Shown here: positions 19,272-30,105 of the stretch, in pieces
Position numbering within the stretch: position 1 is the first letter of the stretch
Layout of the letters: each line of letters opens with the position of its first letter
Assembly (NCBI GenBank): GCA_027717645.1
Contig: JALLOG010000003.1
Coordinates: 1-63,673 of the forward strand
Reading direction: 5' to 3'
Origin: Desulfobacterota bacterium AH_259_B03_O07
GTDB taxonomy: Bacteria > Desulfobacterota_D > UBA1144 > Nemesobacterales > CSP1-2
DNA length: 63,673 bases
Position numbers and translations under genes: made by a program
The notes under the pieces: model-generated
What the model was told of the DNA's origin: nothing
Databases searched by the model: none
What the model saw: the letters and a program-made list of their open reading frames with translations, nothing else

Positions 19272-20969
19272 TCAATCTTGTTCGGTTATTGATTTCAGCT
19301 TATCTCCTAATAGGTCACCAAGTTTAACCGATGGTTCTCCTTGTGAAGACATAAAATTTGAGACTCTTTCTTTCTCGAGCCATTCTTCATACTTCTTTAT
19401 ACTAAGATTGAGTTGCTTCTTTCTCCTCTCGAATCCTGTAACAAGTGCTGTAAATTCATCGCCGATTTTCACAATTTTGTTAATATCTTTCGTATCTGGC
19501 TCTGCCAATTCTGAAAATCGAATAAACCCTTCAAGTTCATTTTCGAGCTCAAGCACAAATCCCTTTTCCTTTATATGAATTACTTTTCCGTTCAATACAG
19601 TTTCATCGGGTTTATATTTGTTGAGTGCCTCTTGCCACGGGTCATTTTTTAGTTGTTTGACGCCTAATGCAATTCTTTGATTTTTTTCATCGACGTCTAA
19701 AACAACTACATCGATATAATCACCTTCTTTAACTGAACCCTTGGGATTGACATTACCCTTCCATGAAATCTGAGAAGGACGTACTAAACCTACTAATTCC
19801 TCGCCGACTGCCACAAAGATTCCCTTATCGTTCACGTTTTTAATTTTTCCCTTCACTCTTGTTCCAGGAGGGTTATTTTCCTTGAAAATCTCCCAGGGGC
19901 TCGGTTCAATTCGCCTTAAACTGAGACCTAATCTTTTTTTAGCTACATCGACTTCTAAAATCATCACTTCAACTCGCCTGCCTATGTTTACTACTTCTTT
20001 TGGATGTCTGAAGTTCTTTATCCAGGATATTTCAGATATATGAACAAGACCGTCAACACCTGGTTCAAGTTCTACGAAAATACCAAAGTCTACTATAGAA
20101 ACTACTTTGCCTCGTACCATTGAGCCAGGCTTAAACTTTCTCTCAACAAAAGTCCATGGGTCTTGTTTTGTCTGTTTGAGTCCTAGAGTTATTCTAGAGC
20201 CTTCTTCAATTTTCAAAACTCTAACCCTTATTTCTTCGTCTAATTTAAGAATGTCGCTAGGATCTTTTACCCTTCCCCATGACAATTCGCCTATGGGAAT
20301 GAAGCCCTCTACCCCGCCTAAATCAATGAACACTCCCCGATCAATAATTTTTACAACCTTACCCGATATGATTATGTCTTCCTTAAGTGATGAAAGTACT
20401 CTATTTTTTTGAATCTCTCGCTGTTCTTCTAAGTGTATTCTTCTAGAAATGACAATTCCATTATCTGTTAGTTTAATAATTTTCGCTTCTAAATTATTAC
20501 CAATAAGTTTACTAAGATCACCTTGCGATCTGATATCAATTTGAGAAGCCGGTAGAAATGCCTTAATCTCTACATTCTGACCTATGTCTGTAATTAGGCC
20601 TCCCTTAACTTTTTCTTTTATAGTGGCGGTAATTAACTCGCTGTTTTGATAAAATTTCTCGATCCTTTCATGTTCTTTAAGTAAGTCTACTCTTTTCTTT
20701 GATAGCTTAGGGAGTTCCCCATTATCGGCCCAATTCTCTAATATTACCTCGACTTCGTCTCCAATCCTGACTTCTGGTTCTCCGTTTTTTCCAAAGAACT
20801 CATTTATAGACGCTATTCCTTCAGATTTATATCCAAAGTCTATAAAAACATCATCCTCATCAACACGGACTACACGCCCTTTAAAAATTTTCCCTTTATG
20901 AGGAACAGTTATATTTTCTTCAAGAAGTTGATTAAAACTTGGTTCCTCATCTAGAAAAAATCTCTTCAT
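19272..20969 (-). CDS. rpsA: 30S ribosomal protein S1
   Basis: Six S1 domains (DFGYKSEG, FLPASQ, DFGIFVEL, GLVHISEISW); downstream of cmk. Confidence 0.9.
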   Translation of the reverse strand: MKRFFLDEEPSFNQLLEENITVPHKGKIFKGRVVRVDEDDVFIDFGYKSEGIASINEFFGKNGEPEVRIGDEVEVILENWADNGELPKLSKKRVDLLKEHERIEKFYQNSELITATIKEKVKGGLITDIGQNVEIKAFLPASQIDIRSQGDLSKLIGNNLEAKIIKLTDNGIVISRRIHLEEQREIQKNRVLSSLKEDIIISGKVVKIIDRGVFIDLGGVEGFIPIGELSWGRVKDPSDILKLDEEIRVRVLKIEEGSRITLGLKQTKQDPWTFVERKFKPGSMVRGKVVSIVDFGIFVELEPGVDGLVHISEISWIKNFRHPKEVVNIGRRVEVMILEVDVAKKRLGLSLRRIEPSPWEIFKENNPPGTRVKGKIKNVNDKGIFVAVGEELVGLVRPSQISWKGNVNPKGSVKEGDYIDVVVLDVDEKNQRIALGVKQLKNDPWQEALNKYKPDETVLNGKVIHIKEKGFVLELENELEGFIRFSELAEPDTKDINKIVKIGDEFTALVTGFERRKKQLNLSIKKYEEWLEKERVSNFMSSQGEPSVKLGDLLGDKLKSITEQD

Positions 20970-21091
20970 AATTTATCAATTTAAAAAAAGATGATTTTTA
21001 TTGTTCTTGGATACAGACTAGAAATTGTTATTAATTCATATGAAACTTGAATTTCTTGCATTCTCTTCTAAAAAAGCGTTGCGTTCAGGTA

Positions 21092-21781
21092 TTATGCCTG
21101 TCGATTACCTCCAACAATATCAGTTATTTTCTCTACGACAGCATCTATGCTGAGGTTTGTCGTATCTATTATGACCGCATTCGGAGCAGGATGCAAGGGA
21201 GATTCAGAGCGCTCAGAATCTTGCCTATCCCTTAATTCAATCTCTTTTTTTACTTCATCTAAGGCGACATCCCTTCCACTTTCTTTTAGTTGGAGCCATC
21301 TCCTTCCTGCCCTCTCATCGAGTGTGGCGTCCATAAAGAACTTATAATCGGCATCTGGGAAGACGTAGGTTCCCATATCTCTGCCATCAGCTACTATGCT
21401 TCCTTTATTGCCAACTTCTCGTTGTATTTCTTTAAGTTTGGTCCTTACTACTCTTTTGGTAGCTAAGTAAGACGAAAGGCTAGATATCTCGGGTGTTCTT
21501 ATCTTATTAGTTATGTCTTCACCATTTAGTTCGATATTTATCCTTTTATCAGTATTTCTTTCAAAAGTGATATGAGCCTTGAGGAGAATATTTTTGAGTT
21601 CTTCCTCATCATCGATATTGATCGTTTTTCTACTAACAAGGAGAGCAACTGCTCTATACATTGCCCCCGTATCTAGATAATCAAGTCCTAGTTTTTTTGC
21701 CACAATCTGTGCAACGGTACCTTTTCCCGCGCCGGATGGGCCGTCAATTGTAATAATTATAGCATTTCTACTATTTGTCAT
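21092..21781 (-). CDS. cmk: Cytidylate kinase
   Basis: IDGPSGAGKGT, LDTGAMYR, DGRDMGTYVFPDA. Confidence 0.96.
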   Translation of the reverse strand: MTNSRNAIIITIDGPSGAGKGTVAQIVAKKLGLDYLDTGAMYRAVALLVSRKTINIDDEEELKNILLKAHITFERNTDKRINIELNGEDITNKIRTPEISSLSSYLATKRVVRTKLKEIQREVGNKGSIVADGRDMGTYVFPDADYKFFMDATLDERAGRRWLQLKESGRDVALDEVKKEIELRDRQDSERSESPLHPAPNAVIIDTTNLSIDAVVEKITDIVGGNRQA

Positions 21782-21783
21782 AT

Positions 21784-23076
21784 TTATTTTCTAAGGTTAT
21801 TCAATGATGTGAAAAATCCTGGAAATGAAACCGATACACACTCCGAATCCTCAATTTCAGTTTGACCATCTGCTCGCGTACCGGCTATGGTAAGGGCCAT
21901 TGCAATTCTATGGTCTCCCCAACTCGTACACTTTGTACCTTTTAGATTCTCCCGCCCGTTAATAATCATTCCATCATCAAGTTCTTCAATATCAGCTCCG
22001 AATTTTGCAAGTTCGGTTGTTATCGCTTTTATTCTGTCGGTCTCCTTTACCCTTAGCTCCTCTGCGTCCTTGATTAAAGTTTCACCATCTGCAAAACACG
22101 CTGCAACTGCAACTACAGGTAGTTCGTCAATCGTCTTAGGAATTATCTCTCCTTTTATCTCAGTTGCTATTAAAGTGCTTGACCTCACAAGAATATCTCC
22201 TATCTCTTCTCCGCAAGCCTCTCTTTTGTTGAGAATTTCTATGTTTCCTTCCATTTTTTTAAGAATTTCAATTGCTCCTGTTCTTTGAGGATTTATCCCA
22301 ACATTTTTTATTAAGATTTCAGAATTTGGGTTTATAAGTGCTGCAACAATTAAAAATGATGCAGATGAAATGTCAGCAGGGATTGATATTTCTCTTCCCT
22401 CCTTAAGCTGTTGAGGACCTTCCATTTTAATGCTTACACTATTTCTCTCGACTCTCACTCCAAGATATGAAAGCATTCTTTCCGTATGATCTCTTGTGGG
22501 ATTTGGTTCAACGACCTCGGTTTCCCCCACAGCATATAGACCAGCTAAGAGGATAGCGGATTTCACCTGAGCACTGGCCACAGGTAAACTGTACTTTATA
22601 GCCTTTAGTTCACTTCCAAGAAAAGCAAGCGGTAGCCTTCGTCCTTCATCTCTCCCCCATATCCTTGCTCCCATGCGAGTTAGAGGTTTAACAACTCTAT
22701 CCATCGGACGTGTCCTAAGATATTGATCACCCGTAATGGAAGAAAAAAAGTTCTGGGAACTTAGGAGGCCGGTGAGTATTCTTGCCGTGGTTCCGGAATT
22801 TCCCGCATCTATAATATCGTCGGGTTCACTTAGTCCATAACTACCTTTTCCTCTTATCTTGACAGTTTCCTTATTAATTTCTATAGGTACCCCGAGCTTC
22901 ATCATTGCCTTGGCACTTGAGAGGGTATCTTCCGAAGAAAGGAATCCCCTTACAGTCGTCAAGCCTTGGGCTAGAGAGCCTAAAATAATGGCTCTATGTG
23001 AAATTGATTTATCACCAGGTGGAGCCAACTCTCCTCTCAAGGGAGTACCGCCCCCTTTTATGTATACTGTTGACAC
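21784..23076 (-). CDS. aroA: EPSP synthase
   Basis: PGDKSISHRA, GNSGTT, SAQVKSA, RDHTERM, KETDRI, DHRIAM. Confidence 0.97.
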   Translation of the reverse strand: MSTVYIKGGGTPLRGELAPPGDKSISHRAIILGSLAQGLTTVRGFLSSEDTLSSAKAMMKLGVPIEINKETVKIRGKGSYGLSEPDDIIDAGNSGTTARILTGLLSSQNFFSSITGDQYLRTRPMDRVVKPLTRMGARIWGRDEGRRLPLAFLGSELKAIKYSLPVASAQVKSAILLAGLYAVGETEVVEPNPTRDHTERMLSYLGVRVERNSVSIKMEGPQQLKEGREISIPADISSASFLIVAALINPNSEILIKNVGINPQRTGAIEILKKMEGNIEILNKREACGEEIGDILVRSSTLIATEIKGEIIPKTIDELPVVAVAACFADGETLIKDAEELRVKETDRIKAITTELAKFGADIEELDDGMIINGRENLKGTKCTSWGDHRIAMALTIAGTRADGQTEIEDSECVSVSFPGFFTSLNNLRK

Positions 23077-23174
23077 AAGAAAAAGAAATTACCATTTCTA
23101 GTTCGATTGAACAAGAATATAGCCTTTTTTATTAATGGTTAGAGTCGAATGGAATACTTAGTAAAATATCAATA

Positions 23175-24050
23175 TTAATTGATTAGATAGCCGATGATGA
23201 TTGGAGTGGTAATGACTGAGAGTAAGGTTCCTACAAATATTATAGATGCTACAGTTTTGGGATCTTGATTGTACTTTTCAGCTAAAACAAAGTTAAACAC
23301 CGCAGGTGGCATTGATGATTCGAGTATCACAACATTTGAAGCAAGACCGTTAATATTGAAAAGTTTAGCCACAAATAACCCAATTACATATCCCAATCCA
23401 ATTCTCATTGCTCCAAATCCAAGCGATCTTTTTACTTGAGTAATAGTGACTCCGGACAATTTGTATCCCAGCGAAAATATCATCGTAGGAATGCTTGCCT
23501 GACCTAGTAGGTCCACCGCTCTTCCTATAACTGTGGGCATACTCCATTCCGATACACTTATTATCAGCCCTATAATGGCTGAATAGATCAAGGGCAGTTT
23601 TAATACTTCGAGGGGGCTTTTATCAAAGCTCAAAATCATAATTCCAAGTGTATACTGCATTATCGTGGAAAAGACCATATATAGTATCCCAATATTTAAT
23701 CCATTCTCACCGAATGTAAATAAAATGAGAGGGAGTCCCATGTTTCCAGTATTGGCGAATATAATTGGCGGTAAATAAACCTTTATGGGAAGATTTAAAT
23801 ATTTAATTATGAGATAACCTATGATAGAAATTAGTCCTATAATTACCAAGACTGATACAAATACTTTTCCGGCAAGATCGATCTCTATTGTATCTTTAGC
23901 GAGAGAGGAAAGAATTAATGAAGGAGTAGCAATATAAATTACAAAATCATTCAGTGCAGAGAGATTTATTTTCTTTACCTTACCAAATAGAAATCCAACA
24001 AGTGTTATTAGGAAAACAGGTAAAACAATATTTGCAATTAATTGGATTAT
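23175..24050 (-). CDS. AEC-family membrane transporter; apparent ATA start
   Basis: NTGNMGLP and SMPPAV motifs. The frame is open 67 codons upstream of the track start (IIQLIANIVLPVFLI...YIATPSLI) to ATA at 24050, behind RBS TAAGGAG. Confidence 0.8.
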   Translation of the reverse strand: MIQLIANIVLPVFLITLVGFLFGKVKKINLSALNDFVIYIATPSLILSSLAKDTIEIDLAGKVFVSVLVIIGLISIIGYLIIKYLNLPIKVYLPPIIFANTGNMGLPLILFTFGENGLNIGILYMVFSTIMQYTLGIMILSFDKSPLEVLKLPLIYSAIIGLIISVSEWSMPTVIGRAVDLLGQASIPTMIFSLGYKLSGVTITQVKRSLGFGAMRIGLGYVIGLFVAKLFNINGLASNVVILESSMPPAVFNFVLAEKYNQDPKTVASIIFVGTLLSVITTPIIIGYLIN

Positions 24051-24293
24051 TTTTTTTCGCTCCTTATAACAAATTTGCTATAATTTGGCTAATCATTTTA
24101 CCAAATTTAAAGGATTGTCCATTATATTGATAAAGATACATAAAAGAGATAATTGATTTTATGAAGGTAAATCAAGGCTCGTTTATGGTGAGTAGAGTAT
24201 AGAAGTGGCTTTAACAGCAATAGTTACATCTAGAAATCTGAGACTTACCTTTGAGTTAAGGAAAAAGTTAGTTATGGATATAAAGTAACTACT

Positions 24294-25271
24294 TTACCAT
24301 CTTACAACTGCAGAGGCTAGGGTGAATCCAGAACCGATTACGGCAAAAAGAATTAAATCATCCTTTTTAATCCTTCCGTTTCTTACTACTTCGTCAAGCG
24401 CTATAGCGACGGATGCTGATGAGGTATTGCCATATCTATCAACGTTTACGAATAGTTTCTCAGGAGGAAGATTGAGACGTTTTCTTGCCGCTTCCATAAT
24501 CCTATGATTTGCTTGGTGGGGTATAAATAAAGCAATCTGTTCAGTTGTTACGTCCGCCTTTTTTATTGCTTCTAGAGAAGCGTATTCGAGCCCTTTTACA
24601 CCCTCTTTAAAAACATCGTTCCCTTTCATCTTTAAATAGTGAAGTCCTTTTCGAACGCTTTCTTCAGTTGATGGGATGCGGGAGCCACCTGCTGGCTGTA
24701 TAATTTTATCCCATTCTTCGCCATTTGCCCTGAGATATGTTGATAAAATACCGTTTTCATCAGATTTTGATAAAACAGCCGCTCCAGCACCGTCACCGAA
24801 GAGAATACAGGTTGACCTATCTCTATAATCAACAATTCTTGATAATGTCTCGGCACCTATTACTAAAATGTTCTCAGCATCCCCCGATACTATGATTGCT
24901 TTTGCTGCTTGAAGAGCATATATGAATCCGGAACAACCAGCGGAAAGATCAAATGCGAATGCGTTTTTGGCTTCTAAGCGGTGTTGGACAAGACAAGAGC
25001 TAGCAGGAAATAAATAATCCGGTGTTACAGTTCCTAGGATTATTCCATCTATATCAGATGGGTCGATTGATGCAGCCTCAAGAGCTTTTACTGAGGCTTC
25101 ATAAGCCATGTCGGAAGTAGCTACATCTGGGTCTGCGATTCTTCTCTCACGAATTCCTGTTCTTGTCCGAATCCATTCATCGGATGTGTCAACAATTTTT
25201 TCGAAATCATAATTTGTCAGTACTTTTTCAGGAGCATATGAACCGGTTCCAGTAATCTTTGCAAAGCTCAA
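24294..25271 (-). CDS. fabH: 3-oxoacyl-ACP synthase III
   Basis: AGCSGF, LFGDGAGA, PHQAN, YGNTSSAS. Confidence 0.93.
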   Translation of the reverse strand: MSFAKITGTGSYAPEKVLTNYDFEKIVDTSDEWIRTRTGIRERRIADPDVATSDMAYEASVKALEAASIDPSDIDGIILGTVTPDYLFPASSCLVQHRLEAKNAFAFDLSAGCSGFIYALQAAKAIIVSGDAENILVIGAETLSRIVDYRDRSTCILFGDGAGAAVLSKSDENGILSTYLRANGEEWDKIIQPAGGSRIPSTEESVRKGLHYLKMKGNDVFKEGVKGLEYASLEAIKKADVTTEQIALFIPHQANHRIMEAARKRLNLPPEKLFVNVDRYGNTSSASVAIALDEVVRNGRIKKDDLILFAVIGSGFTLASAVVRW

Positions 25272-25337
25272 GATATCTCACTCTCCATTTATTTCATTTG
25301 AAGGGATATTATCAAGGCAAGTACCTAATTTGTCAAC

Positions 25338-25805
25338 CTAATTTCTAGCCTCAAGTGTTACAGATTTGATACTGTCTTTGTCGATTTCGCTTATTGGAAT
25401 TCTCTTTGAAAATTGAAGATTAGAATCCATGAAATATATGTTAAAATGATCTTGATCTTTTAAGCATTCAAGAAGTTTCATATCCTGCTCTGATTCAATT
25501 CCGAAAAAGTATTCAAATTTATATGTTTTATTATTTTTGTTTATAAGATAAAATTGCATGACAACTGATGGAAACTCTTGTCTTTTAATACAATTTAGAT
25601 CAAATGAGATTTCGTTTATATCTCCAATCGAATCAATTATTTCTTGTGCGCCCTTATATATAAAAATTGTTCTATTATTAATCAAAGTAGCTAGACATCC
25701 TGATTCAATTAAGGAGAGAGTTATCTCAAGCTCTGGATCAATTTCAAAGAATTCTCTATTATGTTGACAGGATTTCCTTAATAGTTTTTTTAGATTGGAT
25801 ATCAA
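25338..25805 (-). CDS. Hypothetical protein
   Basis: 155-aa ORF in operon orientation; no motif recognised. Confidence 0.5.
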   Translation of the reverse strand: MISNLKKLLRKSCQHNREFFEIDPELEITLSLIESGCLATLINNRTIFIYKGAQEIIDSIGDINEISFDLNCIKRQEFPSVVMQFYLINKNNKTYKFEYFFGIESEQDMKLLECLKDQDHFNIYFMDSNLQFSKRIPISEIDKDSIKSVTLEARN

Positions 25806-26040
25806 CTTTGTTTCTCTAATGCTTTGAAAACAATTAAAATAACATGTTTTTGCATGCTTTTAGTATTTGTTACCGGATCTATAATACATAGATGAGTACT
25901 TTGTGGTATCATAAGACTTAGCATCTAAATGTAATAATGCCTTGACATATATATATAAAATTTATTAATATCAGATTATATTGTCGTTTTCTGAGAGAAT
26001 ATTTATTGATCTTACAATAATTGAATAAGGAGGAAAAAAA

Positions 26041-26250
26041 ATGCCCATGAGTTTTATAATTGGTGTCATTGTTTTGGTACTAGTGTTCTTGGTACTGTAT
26101 TTTGTTTCTTCATTGGGTGAAACTCCTGCTGAGCCCCCTCAAGCTGAGGAAACTCAAGCACAGGCACCGGCTGAAGAACCACCTCAGCCAGTTGAATCTG
26201 CTGGAGAGGAAGCAGATCCATTTAAGTCTGCAGAACCTCCTAAATCTTAA
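26041..26250 (+). CDS. Small single-TM protein with Pro/Glu-rich tail
   Basis: Strong RBS AAGGAGG, N-terminal TM helix, PAEPP repeats. Confidence 0.65.
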   Translation: MPMSFIIGVIVLVLVFLVLYFVSSLGETPAEPPQAEETQAQAPAEEPPQPVESAGEEADPFKSAEPPKS

Positions 26251-26300
26251 TTAAAAAGTTAAAATACCAAAAAGCTTTTTAATTAATCAACATCGTTAAA

Positions 26301-27308
26301 TCATACTATTACTTCTTTTTTTGTTTTCATAAGAAGCCAGAGAAAAAACGCTCCCCCAAATGAAGCAGTTATTATTCCAACCGGAATTTCTATGGGTGAT
26401 AGTATTGTTCTCGAGATTGTGTCCGTGGCGGTGAGGAATGATGCACCAAGTAGAAATGAGCATGGAACAATTATCCTATTATCGACTCCCAAAATCATTC
26501 TTAGGATATGGGGTGTAATTAGTCCTACGAAGCCGATTGGGCCAGTAACCGAAATGACCGCGCTTGCCGCGAGGGAAGTTGCAAAGTAGATTTTCTTTTC
26601 CATCCTTTCGACGTCAACTCCTAGTGAGGCTGCTACATCATTTCCCAGAGAGAGAAGATTCATGTCCTTTGTCAAAGAAAGGAGTATAACGCAACCAGGG
26701 GTAGCAAAAAGCGCCGTCTTCCAGACTGTATCAAATCCTACTATATCAAGGCTTCCCATTATCCATCTCATAGTGTGGAGAGGTTGAGTAAAGTCAGAGA
26801 AAAATTGCATAAAGAGTATCAACGCGGAATATACGAAATTAGCGACAACACCGGCTAGCAGGAGTCTTCCGGTAGCGACAACTCCGCGAACCTTAGAGAT
26901 TGAATATACGAAGAAAATAGTAATTATAGAAAATACAAATGCGGAAATAGAAACTGTCGAAAATCCCAGAAGACCATGAGCTAGTCCCGATCTTATCACG
27001 ACAAGTGCACCCAGCGATGCCCCTCCAGATATACCAAGAGTAAATGGTGAAGCGAGTGGATTTCTAAAAAGCGCTTGAAGGGCGGCGCCCGCTATTGCAA
27101 GTGTGCCTCCTGCAATGGTAGCCATTATAATCCTTGGTATTCGAATCTTAAAATATATCGTTTTAGAAAGCTCGTCCCCAGAAAGTAGCGCTTGTAGCGG
27201 GTTTATGTCGTAAGTCCCCACAAATATACTTATTAGAGCAATTAGAACCCAAAGGATGAATAAACTTATAAGAGAAACTAAAAGTTTGTTTTTAGGATTT
27301 ACAGTCAT
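26301..27308 (-). CDS. btuC: Cobalamin ABC transporter permease (BtuC/FecCD)
   Basis: RIPRI, RNPLASPFTLGISGGA, GPIGFVGLITPH. Confidence 0.85.
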   Translation of the reverse strand: MTVNPKNKLLVSLISLFILWVLIALISIFVGTYDINPLQALLSGDELSKTIYFKIRIPRIIMATIAGGTLAIAGAALQALFRNPLASPFTLGISGGASLGALVVIRSGLAHGLLGFSTVSISAFVFSIITIFFVYSISKVRGVVATGRLLLAGVVANFVYSALILFMQFFSDFTQPLHTMRWIMGSLDIVGFDTVWKTALFATPGCVILLSLTKDMNLLSLGNDVAASLGVDVERMEKKIYFATSLAASAVISVTGPIGFVGLITPHILRMILGVDNRIIVPCSFLLGASFLTATDTISRTILSPIEIPVGIITASFGGAFFLWLLMKTKKEVIV

Positions 27309-27320
27309 TAGATAGAAAAA

Positions 27321-28094
27321 TTAAACTGATGGAATCACAAATGTTCTACCGTGTTCTTTTCTTACATTTACCTTTATCCCGTATGCTGAACTTAGAATAT
27401 CTTCCCTTAGTATTTCATCACTGCTTCCCTCCGCAAAAATGATCCCATCCTTGAGCACTATGATTTCGTCAAAATAGTATAAGGAAGCATATATATCATG
27501 TGTTGCTGAGATTATTGTTAGGGTTTTTTGGTTCTTTAAATTATTGAGAATTTCCATGATTTTGGATTTGTGTTTTAAATCTAGAAAGGTCACCGGTTCA
27601 TCCAGGATCATTATCTCTGGTTCCTGCGCTAGGGCGCGCGCGATCGAGGTAAGCTGTCTTTCCCCTCCTGAAATCTCTGTGATCAGCCGATCTTTGAGAT
27701 GTTCTATCCCAACTTTTTGCATTGCTTGAAATGATATTTGCATGTCCTTTTCATTTTCAAATTCAAATCTCCCGAGATAGGGAGCCCTACCCATATTTAC
27801 TACTTCGGAAACGGTAAACGGAAAGTCAAACGTTGAATTCTGGGGTATGTAAGCAATTCTTTTTGCAGTATCCCTATTAGAAATATGTCTTAGTTCTTTT
27901 TCTTCAAAAAACAATTTACCGGATTTTATATTCAATATCCCACAGAGTATCTTAAGAAGGGTTGACTTACCTACGCCATTTGCTCCAAGTAATCCGATCA
28001 TCCTTCCCTGGCTGATCGATATATCAACCCCTTTTATGACTTCTGTCCCATCGTAAGAGAATCTAATATCTTTACCTTCAATTATGTTTTTCAT
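27321..28094 (-). CDS. btuD: Cobalamin ABC transporter ATPase
   Basis: GANGVGKST, ISGGERQ, ILDEP. Confidence 0.85.
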   Translation of the reverse strand: MKNIIEGKDIRFSYDGTEVIKGVDISISQGRMIGLLGANGVGKSTLLKILCGILNIKSGKLFFEEKELRHISNRDTAKRIAYIPQNSTFDFPFTVSEVVNMGRAPYLGRFEFENEKDMQISFQAMQKVGIEHLKDRLITEISGGERQLTSIARALAQEPEIMILDEPVTFLDLKHKSKIMEILNNLKNQKTLTIISATHDIYASLYYFDEIIVLKDGIIFAEGSSDEILREDILSSAYGIKVNVRKEHGRTFVIPSV

Positions 28095-28965
28095 TTTTAA
28101 AAGATAATTCGGGGTGTAGTATCCGTGATAAAATTCGGGCTCCTTCTATTATTCTTTGGCTGGGACGAAGTAATTCATTGCTCAATACGACATGGACTTC
28201 CTGATCCTTAACGGCTTGGGTTTCTTTAAGATCATTCCAGATTTTTACAATATCATCTGTATGCTTGTTTTTTTGGTGATTTACCTCAATTATCACATCT
28301 GGACTGTATGATAAAATTGCTTCTATCGTGATTTTGAGAGCAAACCGATCGCTTTCTACTACGTTGGTGCCACCCGCTAAGGAAATTAATTCATTGATAT
28401 AATTGTTTTTTCCGATGACATAAATGTCCTCGAGTCTCCCGGGATTTCGCGCGATGACTAAGAGAACTTTCTTATCTGGAGTATTTTCTGTCTCTAATCG
28501 GATCTCGTTCAGACTATTCTTAATTTCCTCTGAAAGTCTGTGAGCCTCATCCTGTTTTCCCAACATCCTGCCGATTTCCAATATAGAATTTTGTATGTCG
28601 TTAATTGAGGTGTTGCTGTCTATTGTAAGTGTTTTATAACCAAGCTTTCTGATTTTATCGCCGAACATGCCATCTTGATCTTTCATTAGTAATACCAAGT
28701 CTGGGTTTAGCTTGACGATTTCCTCAAAATTTGGATTGACCCACCCCCCTACTTTTGGCACTCCTTCTGCTTCGGGTGGAAAGTCTGAATAGAGAGTTAC
28801 TCCTACAACTTTTTCCCAGGCTCCAATTCCATATATGATTTCTGTAATATTTGGAGAAAGAGATATTATGCGCTCGGGGTATTTTCCCGACTTAGAGGGG
28901 GAGGTTGAGACGAGAAAGATTAATACTGAAAATAGAATTCGTGACATAATTAGTCTTGTTTTCAT
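28078..28965 (-). CDS. btuF: Cobalamin-binding periplasmic protein
   Basis: RIISLSPNITE, DFPPEA, NFEEIVKLNPDLV; signal peptide. Confidence 0.85.
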   Translation of the reverse strand: MKTRLIMSRILFSVLIFLVSTSPSKSGKYPERIISLSPNITEIIYGIGAWEKVVGVTLYSDFPPEAEGVPKVGGWVNPNFEEIVKLNPDLVLLMKDQDGMFGDKIRKLGYKTLTIDSNTSINDIQNSILEIGRMLGKQDEAHRLSEEIKNSLNEIRLETENTPDKKVLLVIARNPGRLEDIYVIGKNNYINELISLAGGTNVVESDRFALKITIEAILSYSPDVIIEVNHQKNKHTDDIVKIWNDLKETQAVKDQEVHVVLSNELLRPSQRIIEGARILSRILHPELSFKNEKHN

Positions 28966-28968
28966 TTA

Positions 28969-29913
28969 TCATCCCAATGTTTGTTCAAAGTAATAATAGT
29001 TTCTTAGATTAAGGATTGAGTTGGATGGAGTCTCGAAGTCACATGCTTCCGGATGAATTATCTTTGCTAATATCTCTAAGCCATTCACTATCCTGGGTCC
29101 AGACCTTGAAAAGTATGAATTTGCGTCCACTAAGTAGGCCTGGCCCCTTTTTGAGGCTGGTATTTGATTCCAATATCTATGAGAAGTCACAATATCTATT
29201 TCTTTGAGTGTATCTTCAATACTGAAGCCACAAGGCATGAATACTACGATTTGTGGAGCAAACTCCAGTATATCTTCCCAGGTGACCCTCAATGAGGGTT
29301 TTCCTGCCTTTCCTAAACCGTTTTCACCGCCCGCTATCTCTACCATTTCTGGAATCCAGTGACCTCCCACGAATGGAGGATCGAGCCACTCCATGCAAAA
29401 AACCCTTGGGCGGTCTCTTTCATTTGCTAGTAATGATTTTATCCTATCTATTCTGGCATTTAATTTGTCCACTATCTTATGAGCTTGTTCTTTTCGGCCA
29501 GTAGCATCCGCTACGACAAGAATTGTTTCGAGTATCTCGGAAATGGTTTTTGGCTCTAATGAAATTATCTGCGGTTCATGTCCAAGGACCTTTACAGTTT
29601 CCGCAACTTCATTTCCCGAAACTGCACATACCTCACATAACCCCTGGGTAAGAATTATATCGGGGTTTGCCTCTTTCAATTCTTGGATATCTATAAGGTA
29701 TGTACTTTTACCCTCGCCTCTATTTTTCGTAATTATCTCGTCTATTTCTCTACTCGATAGTTCATCAGGATTAATTAGGCTCAAAATAACTCTAGATTTA
29801 TTTATAGCTTCTGGTGGATAATCACATTCGTGGGTCACTCCTACTAAGTTGTTTCCCAATCCTAATGCATAGACAATTTCAGTTGTACTAGGCAGAAATG
29901 AGCAAATTCGCAT
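28969..29913 (-). CDS. Second cobalamin-binding-fold protein lacking a signal peptide
   Basis: MRICSFLPSTTE, VTHECDYP, TQGLCEVCAVS, EWLDPPFVGGHW, FSRSGPR. Confidence 0.8.
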   Translation of the reverse strand: MRICSFLPSTTEIVYALGLGNNLVGVTHECDYPPEAINKSRVILSLINPDELSSREIDEIITKNRGEGKSTYLIDIQELKEANPDIILTQGLCEVCAVSGNEVAETVKVLGHEPQIISLEPKTISEILETILVVADATGRKEQAHKIVDKLNARIDRIKSLLANERDRPRVFCMEWLDPPFVGGHWIPEMVEIAGGENGLGKAGKPSLRVTWEDILEFAPQIVVFMPCGFSIEDTLKEIDIVTSHRYWNQIPASKRGQAYLVDANSYFSRSGPRIVNGLEILAKIIHPEACDFETPSNSILNLRNYYYFEQTLG

Positions 29914-29935
29914 GAAAACCTCCCGCTCGTCAAAT

Positions 29936-29963
29936 GTAGAGGAGGACTTAAGTCCTCCGCGAC
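29936..29963. repeat. GTAG-type REP-like palindrome
   Basis: GTAGA followed by the perfect palindrome GGAGGACTTAAGTCCTCC. Confidence 0.45.
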
Positions 29964-30105
29964 AATCGTTGACATTTTATTATCTCATTGTTAGAGTCGA
30001 TTCACTTCCTCACAATGATGATTTTCTAATACATCTTTTCAAATAAATGTATAGTTTTTCTATAAGAGTAATATTCATTACTTTGTATGCGGATGCAATA
30101 GCAAT

